Assembly: GCA_903882875.1 (NCBI GenBank)
Contig: CAIRYQ010000023.1
Span: 3,680-67,679 of the forward strand
Source of the DNA: an uncultured Spartobacteria bacterium
GTDB lineage: Bacteria; Verrucomicrobiota; Verrucomicrobiia; Chthoniobacterales; Chthoniobacteraceae
Length of the DNA stretch: 64,000 nucleotides
Reading direction: 5' to 3'
Shown piece after piece: positions 63,511-64,000 of this stretch (its first letter is position 1; each line of letters starts with the position of its first letter). Below the pieces are notes generated by a model that was not told the DNA's origin, made no database searches, and was given only the letters and a program-made list of their open reading frames with translations. Made by a program: the position numbers and the translations under genes.

Positions 63511-64000
63511 TCAGTCCCCCTCCGCAATAAACTGCACGAGATCGCGGATCGCACGCTTGCTGAGCACCTGACCGAATGCGGGCGTCATCGGGCTCGGCAG
63601 CGGCGTGCGCTCGACGACCTTCGCGAGTTTCACCGTGCTGCGCTTGCCGTCCGTGAATGACGCGAGCGTGATGTCCACCGCCGACTCGCCGCGCACGACG
63701 CCTGCGACAGTCTCGCCGTTTTTCAGCTTCAGCGCGACGCTGTTGAAGCCGGTCGCGATGGTCGCGTTCGGCAGGAGGATGGACTCGAGAATGTGCGCGC
63801 GCTCGGTGTTGTGCCGGAGCCACGCGAGATCCGGGCCGACCTGCCCGCCCTTGCCGTCCATCGAGTGACAGCGGACACATCCCGCCTCGGGCTTTTTTTC
63901 AAAAACGGCGCGGCCCTGCTCGCCATCGCCGCCCTCGAGGCATTCCTCGAAACGCCGCAGCGGATCAGGCGACTTCGCCAGGCGCTCCTCGCGTTCTGCG
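63511..64000 (-). CDS. C-terminal part of a PVC-type CxxCH heme-binding protein (5' end outside window)
   Basis: The frame is open to the window edge. GRAVFEKKPEAGCVRCHSMDGKGGQVGPDL heme motif, plus the downstream beta-rich tail typical of the Pirellula/Verrucomicrobium heme-binding domain. Confidence 0.75.
   Translation of the reverse strand, partial: AEREERLAKSPDPLRRFEECLEGGDGEQGRAVFEKKPEAGCVRCHSMDGKGGQVGPDLAWLRHNTERAHILESILLPNATIATGFNSVALKLKNGETVAGVVRGESAVDITLASFTDGKRSTVKLAKVVERTPLPSPMTPAFGQVLSKRAIRDLVQFIAEGD

Overview
High-GC (~65%) chromosomal window. The gene content (PEP-CTERM proteins, an H-X9-DG-type prepilin-like protein, a DUF1549/DUF1553 + DUF1501 pair, PVC-type CxxCH heme proteins) suggests Verrucomicrobiota, possibly Opitutales-like; this is inference, not a search result. 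Most of the window is housekeeping: glcDF, ispG-rseP-dxr-cdsA, lptD, leuC-type dehydratase, gnd, cinA, malQ, bioB, rsuA, pgsA, GH13, a class III aminotransferase and ubiA. There is a large phosphate-acquisition locus at about 20.2-30.9 kb: OprO/P-type porin, PhoU fusion, pstSCA, two pstB genes, a pstS remnant, a PiT carrier and two secreted rhodaneses. A translationally coupled PEP-CTERM x2 / pseudopilin / TPR operon lies at 31.2-35.2 kb. The only clearly accessory segment is a ~2.4 kb lower-GC IS1595-family element (44911-47332) with 34-nt terminal inverted repeats. It sits inside an already decayed gene and carries passenger ORFs, a tRNA-like cloverleaf and a ~250-nt structured non-coding stretch. 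The most unusual signal is a set of short repeats built from heptamer arrays and palindromes. These include a ~100-nt palindromic element inserted in frame twice in a 1661-aa SGNH/dehydrogenase/HEAT/cytochrome-c gene, a 21-nt x ~12 in-frame tandem array, heptamer arrays inside dxr and other genes and leaders, and a 184-nt perfectly nested four-helix palindrome. Many long ORFs in the track are GC-driven antisense shadows and were rejected. No rRNA or CRISPR array was seen.
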